Assembly: GCA_964653275.1 (NCBI GenBank)
Contig: CAZZET010000003.1
Location: 8,218-72,217, forward strand
Length of the DNA stretch: 64,000 nt
Direction: 5' to 3'
Origin: an uncultured Methylococcales bacterium
GTDB taxonomy: Bacteria > Pseudomonadota > Gammaproteobacteria > Methylococcales > G963664935
The notes beneath the pieces are model-generated. The model was not told the DNA's origin, did no database searches, and saw only the letters and a program-made list of their open reading frames with translations. Position 1 is the stretch's first letter; every line of letters begins with the position of its first letter. A program made the translations under genes and the position numbers. Shown here in pieces: positions 32,722 to 43,505 of the stretch.

Positions 32722-34599
32722 CTATTCCTCTGAGGTAAAAAACTTTACGCCGACTTTGTCTCGACCATTGGAAACTAGTGCCGAAAATAACGATACCCCC
32801 GAACCCTGGGCTAAAACATTCTTTACGGTGTCTCGATCTTTTTCCAAAATCTTATTGGTCTCTGCACTCTGCACCAACAATACATTAATAATTGCCTGTT
32901 CACCATTATCCAATGCAACGAGTAACGGGGTTGGTTGACCGTTAACTGGCTTAGCAGCTTTAAATACCGCCCTTGTTATTTCACTCGGAAAATCTTTTTC
33001 TAACCTAGATATACGCTTAATTTTCAATTCTAAACCACTATCCTGAGATAATATATCTTTTAGAGCAACACCATTTTCTAGCTTGCTCATAATCTCATTT
33101 GCGCGTTCGAGGGCCCTTTCCTTGGCAGCGTCCAATTTTAAGGTTGCAATAATTTTGTCCTTAACCTCATCTAGCGGAACCGTAATCGGTAATCGATGTT
33201 CCTTAACTCTAAGTATTACAACCTTATCATCACCAATTTCGACGGGTTCACTGTTGTTACCGCCCAACACTTCCAGATTGAAAGCCATATCCCTGATCTT
33301 CGATTCAGATGCAATTCCGTCACCCTTTTCCCGGGTAAATAGATCCGTTTGTTTGATTTCCATATTTAAAGTCTGAGCAGCCGGCTCCAAACTCCCTGAA
33401 TCTTCGTAGCTAACTTCAGCTAAGCGTTCACCCAGCTCATAGAACTTATTCTCCGCCTTATCGTGTTTAAAATTCTTCGACAATTCATCACGGACCTGTT
33501 CATAGAGCTTGGTTTCCCCAGGTTTTAATTCTGTAACTTTTATTAGGTGAAATCCAAAAGCAGTTTTCACAGGATCTGACAGTTCTCCTTTCCCTAACGA
33601 AAAGGCCACCTCTTCAAAATTTTTCTCCATAATACCCGGTGTAATAAGGCCTAGATCACCGCCATTTTTCGACGAAACCGTATCGTCTGAAAGCTCTTTG
33701 GCCAAGACACTAAAGTCGTCTCCCGCAATAATCCTTTCCTTAATAGCTTGAGCTTTTTCCTGCGCTACCTTAATCACTTCCTGGTTGGCCTTCTTATCCA
33801 ACGAGATTAATATGTGACTAACCTTTCGCCTTTCCGGAGTTGAATAGAGATCTTTATTCGATTCGTACAAATCCCGCAATTCTTCCTCAGAAACTAACAC
33901 ATCTTCCGCCAAATCCTCCAGATTTAACTCAATATACTCGACCGAAACCCTTTCTGGATTCTGAAATTGGTCCTGGTGTGCCTGGAAATAATTGCTTACC
34001 ATAGTGTCATCAATGTGAGTTTCCACATTTGAAACCGGTACCACAACATATTCAATGTCGCGCTCCTGATTTTTCAATTCTAAAATACGATTGACATCAC
34101 TCAGTGTAGCAAAATCTGAATTCATGATTCCGCTACGGTATTGCCCCATAACCAACGTTTTTCTAACTTTTTCAGCGAATCCTACTGCCGTTTCACCTTG
34201 CGAAGCAATCAAGTTTTGGTATTTTTTCTTGTCAAATTTTCCGTCGGTCTGAAAATAAGATAACGACTTGTTAAAATCTCGAACCGTTGAATCACTAACA
34301 ACCAGATCTAATTCCGATGCAACCTGCGCAATCACCTCATTATTGACGAGTTGTTCGAGTGCTTGTTGCTGCATTTCTTCCTCACTAAATTGGAAAAATT
34401 GCATAGGGTTCTGTGCGTTCTGCTGATACACCCGATTTACATCACGCTGAAAATATTCTTTATCCCCGACGATCACAACGGGAGTTTCCTTGCCTGAATC
34501 AAAGTAATTTCCTAGCCCCAAAAAAGCCAAGGGGACCGCAATTAAAATTAAAATAACCCAAATAAAAGCTTTTGCGCGTTCACGAATCGCTTGAAGCAT
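32722..34599 (-). CDS. ppiD: Periplasmic chaperone/peptidyl-prolyl isomerase PpiD
   Basis: 625 aa with an N-terminal TM anchor and a central parvulin domain (VSHILI...GGDLGLI...FGFHLIKV). It sits in the conserved position after hupB. Confidence 0.88.
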   Translation of the reverse strand: MLQAIRERAKAFIWVILILIAVPLAFLGLGNYFDSGKETPVVIVGDKEYFQRDVNRVYQQNAQNPMQFFQFSEEEMQQQALEQLVNNEVIAQVASELDLVVSDSTVRDFNKSLSYFQTDGKFDKKKYQNLIASQGETAVGFAEKVRKTLVMGQYRSGIMNSDFATLSDVNRILELKNQERDIEYVVVPVSNVETHIDDTMVSNYFQAHQDQFQNPERVSVEYIELNLEDLAEDVLVSEEELRDLYESNKDLYSTPERRKVSHILISLDKKANQEVIKVAQEKAQAIKERIIAGDDFSVLAKELSDDTVSSKNGGDLGLITPGIMEKNFEEVAFSLGKGELSDPVKTAFGFHLIKVTELKPGETKLYEQVRDELSKNFKHDKAENKFYELGERLAEVSYEDSGSLEPAAQTLNMEIKQTDLFTREKGDGIASESKIRDMAFNLEVLGGNNSEPVEIGDDKVVILRVKEHRLPITVPLDEVKDKIIATLKLDAAKERALERANEIMSKLENGVALKDILSQDSGLELKIKRISRLEKDFPSEITRAVFKAAKPVNGQPTPLLVALDNGEQAIINVLLVQSAETNKILEKDRDTVKNVLAQGSGVSLFSALVSNGRDKVGVKFFTSEE

Positions 34600-34650
34600 A
34601 AAGGAAACCCTAGCAGAGGACTGAAAGAATCGGTTAATACCGGCTAAATG

Positions 34651-34674
34651 AAAAACCCCTAATTAAATTCAGGG
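34651..34674 (-). terminator. Candidate rho-independent terminator after tRNA-Asp
   Basis: The minus strand reads CCCUGA-AUUUAA-UUAGGG followed by G and UUUUU. This is a 6-bp stem including one G-U pair, and it lies 16 nt downstream of the tRNA-Asp 3' end. Confidence 0.35.
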
Positions 34675-34689
34675 CAAATTTGAAACTAA

Positions 34690-34766
34690 TGGCGGAGTGG
34701 ACGGGACTCGAACCCGCGACCACCGGCGTGACAGGCCGGTATTCTAACCAACTGAACTACCACTCC
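34690..34766 (-). tRNA. tRNA-Asp (anticodon GTC)
   Basis: A 77-nt cloverleaf folded by hand: acceptor GGAGTGG/CCACTCC, anticodon arm CCGGC-CTGTCAC-GCCGG, T-arm GCGGG-TTCGAGT-CCCGT, with an encoded CCA. Confidence 0.93.
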
Positions 34767-34779
34767 TCAATACTCTTTT

Positions 34780-34940
34780 AGAGTCGTCCGGAAATAACCT
34801 GAGCACCTTATCATCATTTGGCCAGTTTTCAACCTCAAAACCCTCGAAGTAACCCTACTCCGTTTTAGGCTTTTACCTAATCAACCAAACCCAATAAAGA
34901 CACAATCACCCTAAAATCCAACTTATTTCCGAACGACTCT
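34780..34940 (-). repeat. 18-nt inverted repeat bracketing the tRNA-Val/tRNA-Asp spacer
   Basis: The arms lie at 34780-34797 and 34923-34940. They pair at 18 of 18 positions on the minus-strand RNA if one G-U wobble is allowed. The same position is a C-A mismatch on the plus strand. Confidence 0.7.
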
Positions 34941-34945
34941 CTTAA

Positions 34946-35021
34946 TGGTGGGTGCTGAGGGGATCGAACCCCCGACCCTCGCCTTGTAAGGGCGATGCTC
35001 TCCCAGCTGAGCTAAGCACCC
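34946..35021 (-). tRNA. tRNA-Val (anticodon TAC)
   Basis: A 76-nt cloverleaf folded by hand: acceptor GGGTGCT/AGCACCC, anticodon arm TCGCC-CTTACAA-GGCGA, T-loop TTCGATC, with an encoded CCA. Its 5' end lies 10 nt after the hupB stop. Confidence 0.93.
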
Positions 35022-35031
35022 ATTTAACCCC

Positions 35032-35304
35032 TTAGTTTACAGCGTCCTTAAGTCCTTTCCCGGCTTTAAACGAAGGTATATTTGCAGCAGGGATCGTAAT
35101 TGCTTTCCCAGTCTGCGGATTTCTACCTTGCCTTTCTGCACGAGCCTTAACCTGAAACGTTCCGAATCCCACCAATGAAACGGAATCCCCTTTTTTTAAT
35201 GCGCCTGTAACGGCTAAAATAACCCCATCCAATGCTCTTCCCGCATCAGCCTTACTAAGGCTTGACTCGCTTGCAATCGCGTCAACTAACTCCGATTTGT
35301 TCAT
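35032..35304 (-). CDS. hupB: DNA-binding protein HU
   Basis: The likely start is the ATG at 35304 ([11 protein letters not shown]...), giving 90 aa. The HU signature is [28 protein letters not shown]. It follows lon, as in the conserved lon-hupB order. Confidence 0.93.
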   Translation of the reverse strand: MNKSELVDAIASESSLSKADAGRALDGVILAVTGALKKGDSVSLVGFGTFQVKARAERQGRNPQTGKAITIPAANIPSFKAGKGLKDAVN

Positions 35305-35483
35305 TTGTCCCCCTATCAAATCATAAATGCAAATTTAATGTTGAATTCCTTCGCCCCAGAAGCCGAGTGCTACCACCACTTCGGATAAGCAAAATAAATC
35401 AGATCAATTTATAGCAGTAGTGCCGAACCGGTGTCAAGCGCCCAGCTACCTTTGTTGCGATAATTTTTGGATTTTGGCAACAT

Positions 35484-37928
35484 CTAATGCGCGGTTGTCG
35501 ATTTTTCATCGCGCGCGGGTGCTTTTTCTATAGTATTTTCTTCAAATTTAGCATTATTTTCGGCTTTTTCGCTAGGCGTAGGCATGTATTGGAGCGCAAA
35601 CTCAAATACCTCATCAATCCAACGCACTGGTTTTATATCAAGAGTTTCTTTAATATTACGTGGTATTTCAGCTAAGTCTTTTTCATTTTCCCAAGGTATT
35701 ACTACTGTAGAGATGCCCCCACGATGCGCTGCTAACAGTTTTTCTTTCAATCCCCCAATTGGCAACACTTCACCTCTCAATGTAATTTCCCCCGTCATCG
35801 CCACATCTGAGCGCACAGGAATTTTGGTCAACGCCGAAACCAACGCCGTACACATAGCTATCCCCGCACTCGGACCATCCTTCGGCGTTGCACCCTCAGG
35901 TACATGCACATGCATATCATGTTTTTGGTAAAATTCCGGATCGATACTCAATACTTTCGAGCGACTTCTCACTACCGTATCAGCAGCTTGGATAGATTCC
36001 TGCATCACTTCACCGAGTTTTCCAGTACGTAGAACCTTCCCTTTCCCTGGAACAATAGCAGTTTCCACTGTCAAAAGCTCACCTCCAACTTCGGTCCACG
36101 CAAGACCCGTAACCAAGCCAATTTGATCTTTCTCTTCAGCACGGCCGTATCGAAACCGCTGGACACCAAGAAACTTTCCTACATTTCGAGAACTTACTGA
36201 AACCTTCCTAGCTTTACGTAACTTCGAGGCGAGAGACAAATCTTTAACAACTTTTCGACAAATCTTTGAAATCTCCCTCTCCAAGTTACGAACCCCAGCT
36301 TCGCGACTATAAAAGCGGATAATATCCTTTATTGCCGAATCGCTAATTTGGATTTCGTTGTCTTTAAGACCATTGTTTTTGACCTGTTTAGGAATCAAAT
36401 ATCTTTTTGCAATATTAACTTTTTCGTCTTCGGTATAGCCCGCAAGCCGAATGACCTCCATTCTATCCAAAAGAGGCGAAGGGATATTCAGTGTATTAGC
36501 CGTCGCAACAAACATCACATCGGACAAATCAAAATCGACTTCCAGGTAATGGTCGTTAAATGTGTGATTTTGCTCAGGATCCAAAACCTCCAACAAGGCA
36601 GATGCAGGATCACCACGAAAATCCATAGCCATTTTGTCGATTTCATCCAACAGGAACATCGGATTACGAGTACCTATTTTAGCTAAATTTTGTAGAATTT
36701 TTCCGGGTAGAGAACCAATATAGGTTTTTCGATGACCACGAATTTCTGCTTCGTCACGAACCCCACCCAAAGACATCCGCACATATTTCCGATTTGTAGC
36801 ATGAGCTATAGACTGACCTAACGAAGTTTTTCCAACACCAGGAGGCCCAACTAAACACAATATAGGGCCTTTAAGCTTTCTAACACGTTGCTGTACTGCC
36901 AAATACTCCAGTATGCGTTCCTTTACCTTTTCCAAACCATAGTGTTCTATTTCAAGAACACTCTCAGCTTTTTTTAGATCATGACGAACTTTAGTCCTTT
37001 TTTTCCATGGAACGCTGACCATCCAATCAATATAGTTACGGACTACAGTTGCTTCCGCCGACATGGGCGACATGAGCTTTAGTTTATTTAACTCCGCATC
37101 AGCCTTGGACCTAGCTTCCTTGGACATTCCTGACTGTTCAATTTTATTAGCAAGTTCCTCAATTTCGTTGGGAACATCTTCCATTTCGCCCAATTCCTTT
37201 TGGATTGCCTTCATCTGTTCGTTAAGATAATACTCCCTTTGATTTTTTTCCATTTGCTTTTTGACACGACCCCTAATCCGTTTTTCCATTTCCAGAAGAT
37301 CGACCCCATTATCCATACAAATCAGTAAGCGTTCGAGGCGTTCCGCAATATCTTTAAGCTCTAGAATCGATTGTTTCTCTTCAATCTTTAAGGTCATATG
37401 CGCGGCCATCGTATCGGCTAACCGACCTGGCTCATCAATTCCCGCCAATGAATTCAAAACTTCCGGCGGAATTTTTTTATTGAGTTTCACATATTGGTCA
37501 AAATTGTTGACCGCAGTACGGACCAATACCTCCAACTCCTGTTCTCCGATATTAGTCTCGTCGGGCAAGTCAGTCACCCCAGCAGAAAAATAGCCATCAG
37601 CTTCGTGAAACCCTTCGATCAAACTACGTTGATGTCCCTCAACAAGAACTTTTACCGTTCCATCAGGGAGTTTGAGCAATTGTAAAATATTGGAAAGTGT
37701 TCCAGCCTTATATAGATCATCCAGACCAGGATCATCTATTTCGGCATCTTTCTGCGCAACTAACAAAATTTGCTTGTTGTCCCGCATAGCGACATCCAGG
37801 GCTCGAATCGATTTGTCCCGGCCAACAAACAGAGGAATCACCATATGGGGATACACAACCACATCACGAAGTGGTAGAACTGGAACTATAAGCGTTGGCA
37901 CGCTTGATTTGCCGTCGATATTAAACAT
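35484..37928 (-). CDS. lon: ATP-dependent Lon protease
   Basis: The likely start is the ATG at 37928 (MFNIDGKSS...[23 protein letters not shown]); the ORF track start at 37988 adds 20 aa. It has the Walker A motif GPPGVGKTS and the catalytic Ser in PKDGPSAG. Confidence 0.95.
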   Translation of the reverse strand: MFNIDGKSSVPTLIVPVLPLRDVVVYPHMVIPLFVGRDKSIRALDVAMRDNKQILLVAQKDAEIDDPGLDDLYKAGTLSNILQLLKLPDGTVKVLVEGHQRSLIEGFHEADGYFSAGVTDLPDETNIGEQELEVLVRTAVNNFDQYVKLNKKIPPEVLNSLAGIDEPGRLADTMAAHMTLKIEEKQSILELKDIAERLERLLICMDNGVDLLEMEKRIRGRVKKQMEKNQREYYLNEQMKAIQKELGEMEDVPNEIEELANKIEQSGMSKEARSKADAELNKLKLMSPMSAEATVVRNYIDWMVSVPWKKRTKVRHDLKKAESVLEIEHYGLEKVKERILEYLAVQQRVRKLKGPILCLVGPPGVGKTSLGQSIAHATNRKYVRMSLGGVRDEAEIRGHRKTYIGSLPGKILQNLAKIGTRNPMFLLDEIDKMAMDFRGDPASALLEVLDPEQNHTFNDHYLEVDFDLSDVMFVATANTLNIPSPLLDRMEVIRLAGYTEDEKVNIAKRYLIPKQVKNNGLKDNEIQISDSAIKDIIRFYSREAGVRNLEREISKICRKVVKDLSLASKLRKARKVSVSSRNVGKFLGVQRFRYGRAEEKDQIGLVTGLAWTEVGGELLTVETAIVPGKGKVLRTGKLGEVMQESIQAADTVVRSRSKVLSIDPEFYQKHDMHVHVPEGATPKDGPSAGIAMCTALVSALTKIPVRSDVAMTGEITLRGEVLPIGGLKEKLLAAHRGGISTVVIPWENEKDLAEIPRNIKETLDIKPVRWIDEVFEFALQYMPTPSEKAENNAKFEENTIEKAPARDEKSTTAH

Positions 37929-38056
37929 ACGGGATCCTGTACCTCCGAGCACAATAAAAGATTGGTCCAACCGATAACATTGGGGCAATGGCTATAATTT
38001 CAAGCCGTTTCCAAAACGAAAAAGAAGGTTTTAGGTATTTAGGCGACAAACAAATC

Positions 38057-39331
38057 TTAATCAACCGAAATACGCTGTTGATCCCTATTTTCGTATATAC
38101 GATAAGGTTCCGATTCACCTGTAATCACTCCAGCGTCAATGACAACTTTCGTAATATCCTCCGCGGAAGGTAATTCATACATTAAATCGAGAAGCGCATG
38201 CTCAAGGATGGTCCGCAAACCTCTAGCACCAGTCTTGCGTTCCATTGCTTTTGTCGCAATTGCCTCTAGTGCTTCCATTCTAATTTCGAGATCACAATCT
38301 TCCATTTCAAAAAGTTTGGAATACTGCTTCGTAAGCGCATTTTTAGGCTCCGTTAAAATTTTCACGAGAGCATCGCGGCTTAATTCATCAAGCGTCGCTA
38401 CCACTGGCAAACGGCCCACAAACTCGGGTATCAGCCCATATTTTATAAGGTCCTCAGCCTCCACTAAGGAAAGAATCTCCCCTACATTTTTTGAATCGTC
38501 TTTACTTTTAACATCAGCCGAAAAACCTATGCCTCCTTTTTCGGTGCGCGCCTGGATAACTTTGTCTAACCCTGCAAACGCGCCTCCAACAATAAACAGT
38601 ATGTTTCCCGTATTAACTTGCAAAAATTCCTGTTGCGGATGTTTTCGCCCCCCTTGAGGAGGCACCGATGCTATAGTCCCTTCGACAAGTTTCAAAAGCG
38701 CCTGCTGCACACCTTCACCCGATACATCACGAGTAATGGACGGATTATCGGATTTTTTGGAGATTTTATCGATCTCATCGATATAAACAATGCCTGACTC
38801 AGCCTTCTCTACATCGTAATCACATTTCTGGAGAATTTTTTGAATAATATTCTCCACGTCCTCTCCAACATATCCAGCTTCAGTCAGCGTAGTGGCATCC
38901 GCTATGGTAAAAGGAACATCTAGCAGTCTAGCCAAGGTTTCCGCCAATAGAGTTTTACCAGAACCAGTCGGGCCAATTAGTAATATGTTGCTTTTAGCAA
39001 GTTCGACATCGTTCTTCTTAATTTGGTTTCTGAGCCGTTTGTAGTGATTATAGACGGCGACTGCAAGAATTTTCTTCGCACCATCTTGCCCAATAACGTA
39101 TTCATCAAGTACTTCTTTGATTTCTTTTGGCTTAGGAAGCTGGTCATTACCGGAGGTGACGTTTTCCTGTAATTCTTCGCGAATGATGTCATTGCATAGT
39201 TCTACACATTCATCACAAACAAAAACTGACGGACCAGCAATCAGCTTTCTAACTTCATGCTGACTTTTACCACAAAAAGAACAATAGAGAAGTTTGCCAT
39301 CACTACCCTTGCCAGATTTCTCATTACTCAT
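38057..39331 (-). CDS. clpX: ATP-dependent Clp protease ATP-binding subunit ClpX
   Basis: 424 aa. It has an N-terminal zinc-binding domain (CSFCGK...CDEC), the Walker A motif GPTGSGKT, the IGF-like loop GIGF and the Walker B motif YIDEIDK. Confidence 0.96.
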   Translation of the reverse strand: MSNEKSGKGSDGKLLYCSFCGKSQHEVRKLIAGPSVFVCDECVELCNDIIREELQENVTSGNDQLPKPKEIKEVLDEYVIGQDGAKKILAVAVYNHYKRLRNQIKKNDVELAKSNILLIGPTGSGKTLLAETLARLLDVPFTIADATTLTEAGYVGEDVENIIQKILQKCDYDVEKAESGIVYIDEIDKISKKSDNPSITRDVSGEGVQQALLKLVEGTIASVPPQGGRKHPQQEFLQVNTGNILFIVGGAFAGLDKVIQARTEKGGIGFSADVKSKDDSKNVGEILSLVEAEDLIKYGLIPEFVGRLPVVATLDELSRDALVKILTEPKNALTKQYSKLFEMEDCDLEIRMEALEAIATKAMERKTGARGLRTILEHALLDLMYELPSAEDITKVVIDAGVITGESEPYRIYENRDQQRISVD

Positions 39332-39449
39332 AGATTAACCTCATGTTATAAGGTCCATAGCATGTATCAATGATCATTAATGCCAGTCATATTTTGAAAT
39401 AATAACATCTCGCTCACTCGGATCCGCACATTCACTGAAGGTATCCAGA

Positions 39450-40094
39450 TCAAATGGCATCCGCCGATGACAGGCGAGTTTCCAAAACCTCATCGATCAA
39501 CCCAAACTCTACCGCTTCCGCGCCACTGAGAAAGTTATCCCGATCGGTATCTTTTTGAATCCGCTCAATAGGTTGACCTGTATGATCGGCCAATATTGCA
39601 TTTAATCGCTCCCGAATATTAAGTATCTCTTTAGCATGAATATCTATATCACTCGCCTGCCCCTGAAAACCCCCAAGCGGTTGGTGTATCATCATTCTCG
39701 AATGGGGTAAGCAATATCGCTTTCCAGCAGCACCACCTGCCAGCAATAACGCACCCATGCTTGCTGCCTGGCCGATACACATTGTACTCACATCAGCTTT
39801 AATAAACTGCATAGTGTCATATATCGCCAGCCCAGCTGTAACCACACCACCCGGTGAATTAATGTATAAATGAATATCTTTATCTGGATTCTCTGACTCC
39901 AGAAACAACAGCTGAGCAACCACTAAATTGGCAAGATGGTCTTCAACTTGGCCAACCAAAAAAACTACACGCTCTTTCAATAGCCGGGAGTATATATCAA
40001 ATGATCGCTCACCCCGAGCAGTTTGTTCAATTACAATAGGAACCAACCCCGACGCTGTAGGTTGGATTTGATCACACTTTTGAGCTATTTCCAC
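39450..40094 (-). CDS. clpP: ATP-dependent Clp protease proteolytic subunit ClpP
   Basis: Conserved core: [30 protein letters not shown], catalytic Ser in GQAASMG and His in MIHQPLGG. The start is uncertain. The ORF track uses a GTG at 40118 that overlaps tig. I prefer the GTG at 40094, preceded by an AAGGG SD-like sequence next to the tig stop. Confidence 0.9.
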   Translation of the reverse strand: MEIAQKCDQIQPTASGLVPIVIEQTARGERSFDIYSRLLKERVVFLVGQVEDHLANLVVAQLLFLESENPDKDIHLYINSPGGVVTAGLAIYDTMQFIKADVSTMCIGQAASMGALLLAGGAAGKRYCLPHSRMMIHQPLGGFQGQASDIDIHAKEILNIRERLNAILADHTGQPIERIQKDTDRDNFLSGAEAVEFGLIDEVLETRLSSADAI

Positions 40095-40104
40095 ACTTGC
40101 ACCC

Positions 40105-41418
40105 TTATTTTGTATCACTTTGATCCATTTGCATTAACTCGGAAAAGCCAATAGGCTTGTCCGTTACTTGTACTCGCTCTAAAACAAATTCTACAACTTG
40201 ATCCTCCAGAACCATGTGTTCAATTTTGCTTAACTGCTCCTTTTCAGAGTAGTACCAATCAACAACCTCTTTAGGATTTTCATAGCCCTGCGCAATCGAT
40301 TCAATCGCTGTATGAACACGTCTTTCATCGGGCTTCAGATCGTTTTTCTTAATGATTTCACCTAGAACCAACCCTAGTTTGACGCGCCGAATAGCTTGCG
40401 GCTCAAGAGTCTCCCTTGGAATTTGCTCTTGAATATTACGATTCTGGTTCTCGGCTGCCTTTTTATAGGAAGCCTCCATATTAACAACTTCCTGGTCAAT
40501 AAGCCCTTTGGGTAATTGAATGTCATGGTTTTCCATAAGCGCATCCATAACATTTGTTTTAACATTTTCCCGAATAGTATTTTCCAACTCCTTTTCCATA
40601 TTTTTCTTGATATCAATACGAAAATCGTCGACTTTCCCGCTAGCAATTCCAAAAGCTTTAACAAACTCTTCATTTAACTCGGGCAATTGACTTTCCTGGA
40701 CATTAACCACTTCGACCTCAAAATGAGCTGTTTTACCAGCAAGCTTTTCCATATGGTAATCCGAGGGGAAATCTAAATCGAAATTCAATAAGTCGTTTTT
40801 AGCGGTTCCAATCAATCTATCTTCGAAACCAGAAATCATTTGATTCGATCCCAAAATCACCGAATGTTCCTTAACTTGACCCTCGGTGAAATTTTCGCCA
40901 TTCACCGATCCTGTAAAGTTGATAATAACCCTATCAACATTTTGAGCAGCCCTATCCACTATTTCCCAGGTTTTCTTTTGAGTTCTTAGTCGTTCGATTA
41001 CGGATTCAAGATCGGTATCATCCATTTCAGTTTTTGGTCGGGTTACCGACAGTTCCGATAAGTCAACCAAAGCAACTTCAGGATATACCTCAAAGCTTGC
41101 AGTATATCTAAATCCCTCACCCTCATCGATTTTTTCTGGTGTAATTAAAGGCCTACCGACAAGGTTTAAATCTTTTTCCACTAAAGCATCGTAAAAACTA
41201 GACTGGGTCAACTCTGCCAACACTTCCTGTCTAAGTTGTTTGCCATACCGACTTCTAATAACGCGCTGGGGCACTTTACCAGGCCTAAAACCATCAATCT
41301 TCACGTCCTTTGAGAGTTTTTTTAGCCGAGTTTCCACTTTTTCCTTAATAGCCGCCTCAGACAACTTTACCGTTAGCTTCCTTTCCAATTCCGATGTCGA
41401 TTCGACAGTAACTTGCAT
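40105..41418 (-). CDS. tig: Trigger factor
   Basis: The likely start is the ATG at 41418 ([19 protein letters not shown]...). It has the ribosome-binding motif GFRPGKVP and a central FKBP domain. It follows the conserved tig-clpP-clpX-lon order. Confidence 0.95.
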   Translation of the reverse strand: MQVTVESTSELERKLTVKLSEAAIKEKVETRLKKLSKDVKIDGFRPGKVPQRVIRSRYGKQLRQEVLAELTQSSFYDALVEKDLNLVGRPLITPEKIDEGEGFRYTASFEVYPEVALVDLSELSVTRPKTEMDDTDLESVIERLRTQKKTWEIVDRAAQNVDRVIINFTGSVNGENFTEGQVKEHSVILGSNQMISGFEDRLIGTAKNDLLNFDLDFPSDYHMEKLAGKTAHFEVEVVNVQESQLPELNEEFVKAFGIASGKVDDFRIDIKKNMEKELENTIRENVKTNVMDALMENHDIQLPKGLIDQEVVNMEASYKKAAENQNRNIQEQIPRETLEPQAIRRVKLGLVLGEIIKKNDLKPDERRVHTAIESIAQGYENPKEVVDWYYSEKEQLSKIEHMVLEDQVVEFVLERVQVTDKPIGFSELMQMDQSDTK

Positions 41419-41555
41419 GTTTAAATCTTCTCCAAATGCGTTTAGTCTCACAAAGAGACATTTAAAACGCCACACTACACAGCATCTAAGTACCGAAACC
41501 CGCCAATTAATGGTAGCAGAGTTTTTGAGTTAGGCGGTCCGAATGGTTAATAGGT

Positions 41556-41640
<85 letters not shown>

Positions 41641-41756
41641 ATAAAAACTTCCGATCCTTGCCCATTATAACAGGGCAAAAAAATTTTTGAGTGCTTTCAA
41701 AAAACCGGTATGCTGTATCTCAATGTTTTTCTTGTAATCCCTAGCCAATTTCACCA

Positions 41757-42650
41757 ATGCGCAACTCATCTCGATTCTTGCTATTCTTTGCACCGCTTGT
41801 TTACCTTTTGGTCGCAGCTTCCATTAGTGCCTTACTGGCTTTTTTACTACATTCTCTAATCGATATTCAAAACTCCTTTCCAAAAGCTGTTAACCGAGGC
41901 GGTCTATTTTTAATATTGCTCGGAATATATCCAACAGCCCAATTATTTGGGTTAAATCGGCATGACTTTGGTTTCTTCAGCCTCGACAAGAAATTTTTAT
42001 ATCGCGTCTTCCAGGGATGGATCATAGGCGCAATCATTCTAACTGTTGTCGTTTTTTTCTTGCTGGTCCTGGATGTACGGATTATCGATCTTAAAACATC
42101 CGCAACCGCTAGTTCAATTGCTTTCAGTCTCGGCAAAGCTTTTGCCATCGGCGTTTTGGTCGCATCGTTGGAGGAGCCCCTGTTTCGGGGGCTACTGCTC
42201 GGCGGCCTGCTGTCTCAAAGCACAAAGGGCTTCGCGCTATTCACAAGTGCTTTTTATTATGCAACACTCCATTTTTTACGGAGTAATCTAGACTTCGAAA
42301 ATAACCAAATAACTGCATTCAGTGGATTCCAAGTTATTTTCGATTCGCTCTCTCAACTTTTCAACTTTGAAATTTTCGATTCGTTTGTCGCGCTATTTTT
42401 GTCTGGAATTTTTCTCGGATTAGTCCGTATGCAATCGAAGTATGGCCTAGGATATTGTATAGGCATACATGCCGGCTGGGTGTTTGTCATTAAATCAACT
42501 AAAGCCATGACGAATGGCAATCCTCATTCGTCGTCAGCATATCTTGTAGGAGAGTACGATGGAATAATTGGTTGCTTAGCAGCTGGATGGCTCCTTTTGC
42601 TAATTGTCGGCCTATTGATATTGTTTCGATTAAAGGCCCCTTCTGTTTAA
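41757..42650 (+). CDS. CPBP-family (CAAX-type) intramembrane glutamic endopeptidase
   Basis: 297 aa and polytopic. It has motif 1 EEPLFRG and a later His motif FYYATLHFL. Confidence 0.75.
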   Translation: MRNSSRFLLFFAPLVYLLVAASISALLAFLLHSLIDIQNSFPKAVNRGGLFLILLGIYPTAQLFGLNRHDFGFFSLDKKFLYRVFQGWIIGAIILTVVVFFLLVLDVRIIDLKTSATASSIAFSLGKAFAIGVLVASLEEPLFRGLLLGGLLSQSTKGFALFTSAFYYATLHFLRSNLDFENNQITAFSGFQVIFDSLSQLFNFEIFDSFVALFLSGIFLGLVRMQSKYGLGYCIGIHAGWVFVIKSTKAMTNGNPHSSSAYLVGEYDGIIGCLAAGWLLLLIVGLLILFRLKAPSV

Positions 42651-42654
42651 AGCT

Positions 42655-43326
42655 ATGGACAACCCCACCCCCCCCGAAACTGAAGGTGTCATTAAATTCC
42701 AACTTGATTATACGTTGAAACCGCCTTTCGTTATTGCAGCGTACAGCGAACTGAACGCCTGGCGTAAAATCATGTTCAAACTTGATTTGATCGGACAAGA
42801 TCCCCATCGTTACTCTGGATACGGATTTGGAAATATGAGCCACAAATTAAATCTCAATAAGCCAACCGGAGACGAAATTAAATATCAACCCTTTGTTATT
42901 ACCGGAACGCAAACTGGCCACCTCGAAAATCTCACCGATGACCATTATGCCCTAGTTTTAAAGACGAGCCTGGACGACAATTGGATCCTATCTGAAGGCC
43001 CCATCAAACCTTCATCAGAAGCACTTACACATGCAGCCGTATACGCAGCAGACGAAACTATTAATTGGGTTATACATGTGCATTCACCTGAAATCTGGCG
43101 GCAAACTCACCACTTGTCAATACCTTTCATAGAATCGGGCATCAAATACGGCACACAAGAGATGGCCGCAGCCGTAAAACACCTTTTAAAACACCCAACG
43201 ACCCCTATTTTTTCTATGTTGGGTCATGAGGACGGCATCGTATGCTTTGGTTCAACCGCTGACGAAGCAGGACTCACGATTGTTAAGAACCTTGCCCAAG
43301 CTATTGTTTTGAAAGAGAGTCAATAA
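42655..43326 (+). CDS. Class II aldolase/adducin-fold family protein
   Basis: 223 aa. KPSSEALTHAAVY and WVIHVHSPE match the class II aldolase zinc/active-site pattern (KPSSE...iHtHs). It starts 4 nt after the CPBP stop. Confidence 0.6.
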   Translation: MDNPTPPETEGVIKFQLDYTLKPPFVIAAYSELNAWRKIMFKLDLIGQDPHRYSGYGFGNMSHKLNLNKPTGDEIKYQPFVITGTQTGHLENLTDDHYALVLKTSLDDNWILSEGPIKPSSEALTHAAVYAADETINWVIHVHSPEIWRQTHHLSIPFIESGIKYGTQEMAAAVKHLLKHPTTPIFSMLGHEDGIVCFGSTADEAGLTIVKNLAQAIVLKESQ

Positions 43327-43505
43327 GGCAAACCTTCAACAGCTTCAATTCCTAATCCTAGGATTAGTTCACTGATTTTCGCCAATCGGTTTTGGTAATT
43401 TCCACGATTTTCCAGTACTTATAAGGTTTTTAAGGTCGCGATTATTTTCAATGAGTCTCAACCTATCCAAAAAAGGAGCTAGCTCCATTGAATAAGACCT
43501 TGAAT

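Noticed and set aside
37929-37988. N-terminal extensions in the ORF track for lon, tig (41419-41475), fabI (31662-31703), hupB (35305-35319), the exosortase gene (19085-19207) and the MORN gene (28796-28915).
   Set aside because: Internal ATG codons align with the conserved N-termini, signal peptides or SD sequences of these families. The extensions add unconserved residues and in some cases overlap neighbouring genes.
38139-38657. 172-aa plus-strand ORF inside clpX.
   Set aside because: It is antisense to a highly conserved clpX coding sequence. The translation is compositionally skewed and has no recognisable domain.
43352-43367. Perfect 16-bp palindrome CTAATCCTAGGATTAG after the aldolase-fold gene, and GGAGCTAGCTCC plus a T-run (43469-43486) after the SPOR gene.
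   Set aside because: The stems are short and AT-rich with essentially no loop. They are plausible weak terminators or chance palindromes, but the evidence is insufficient to annotate them.
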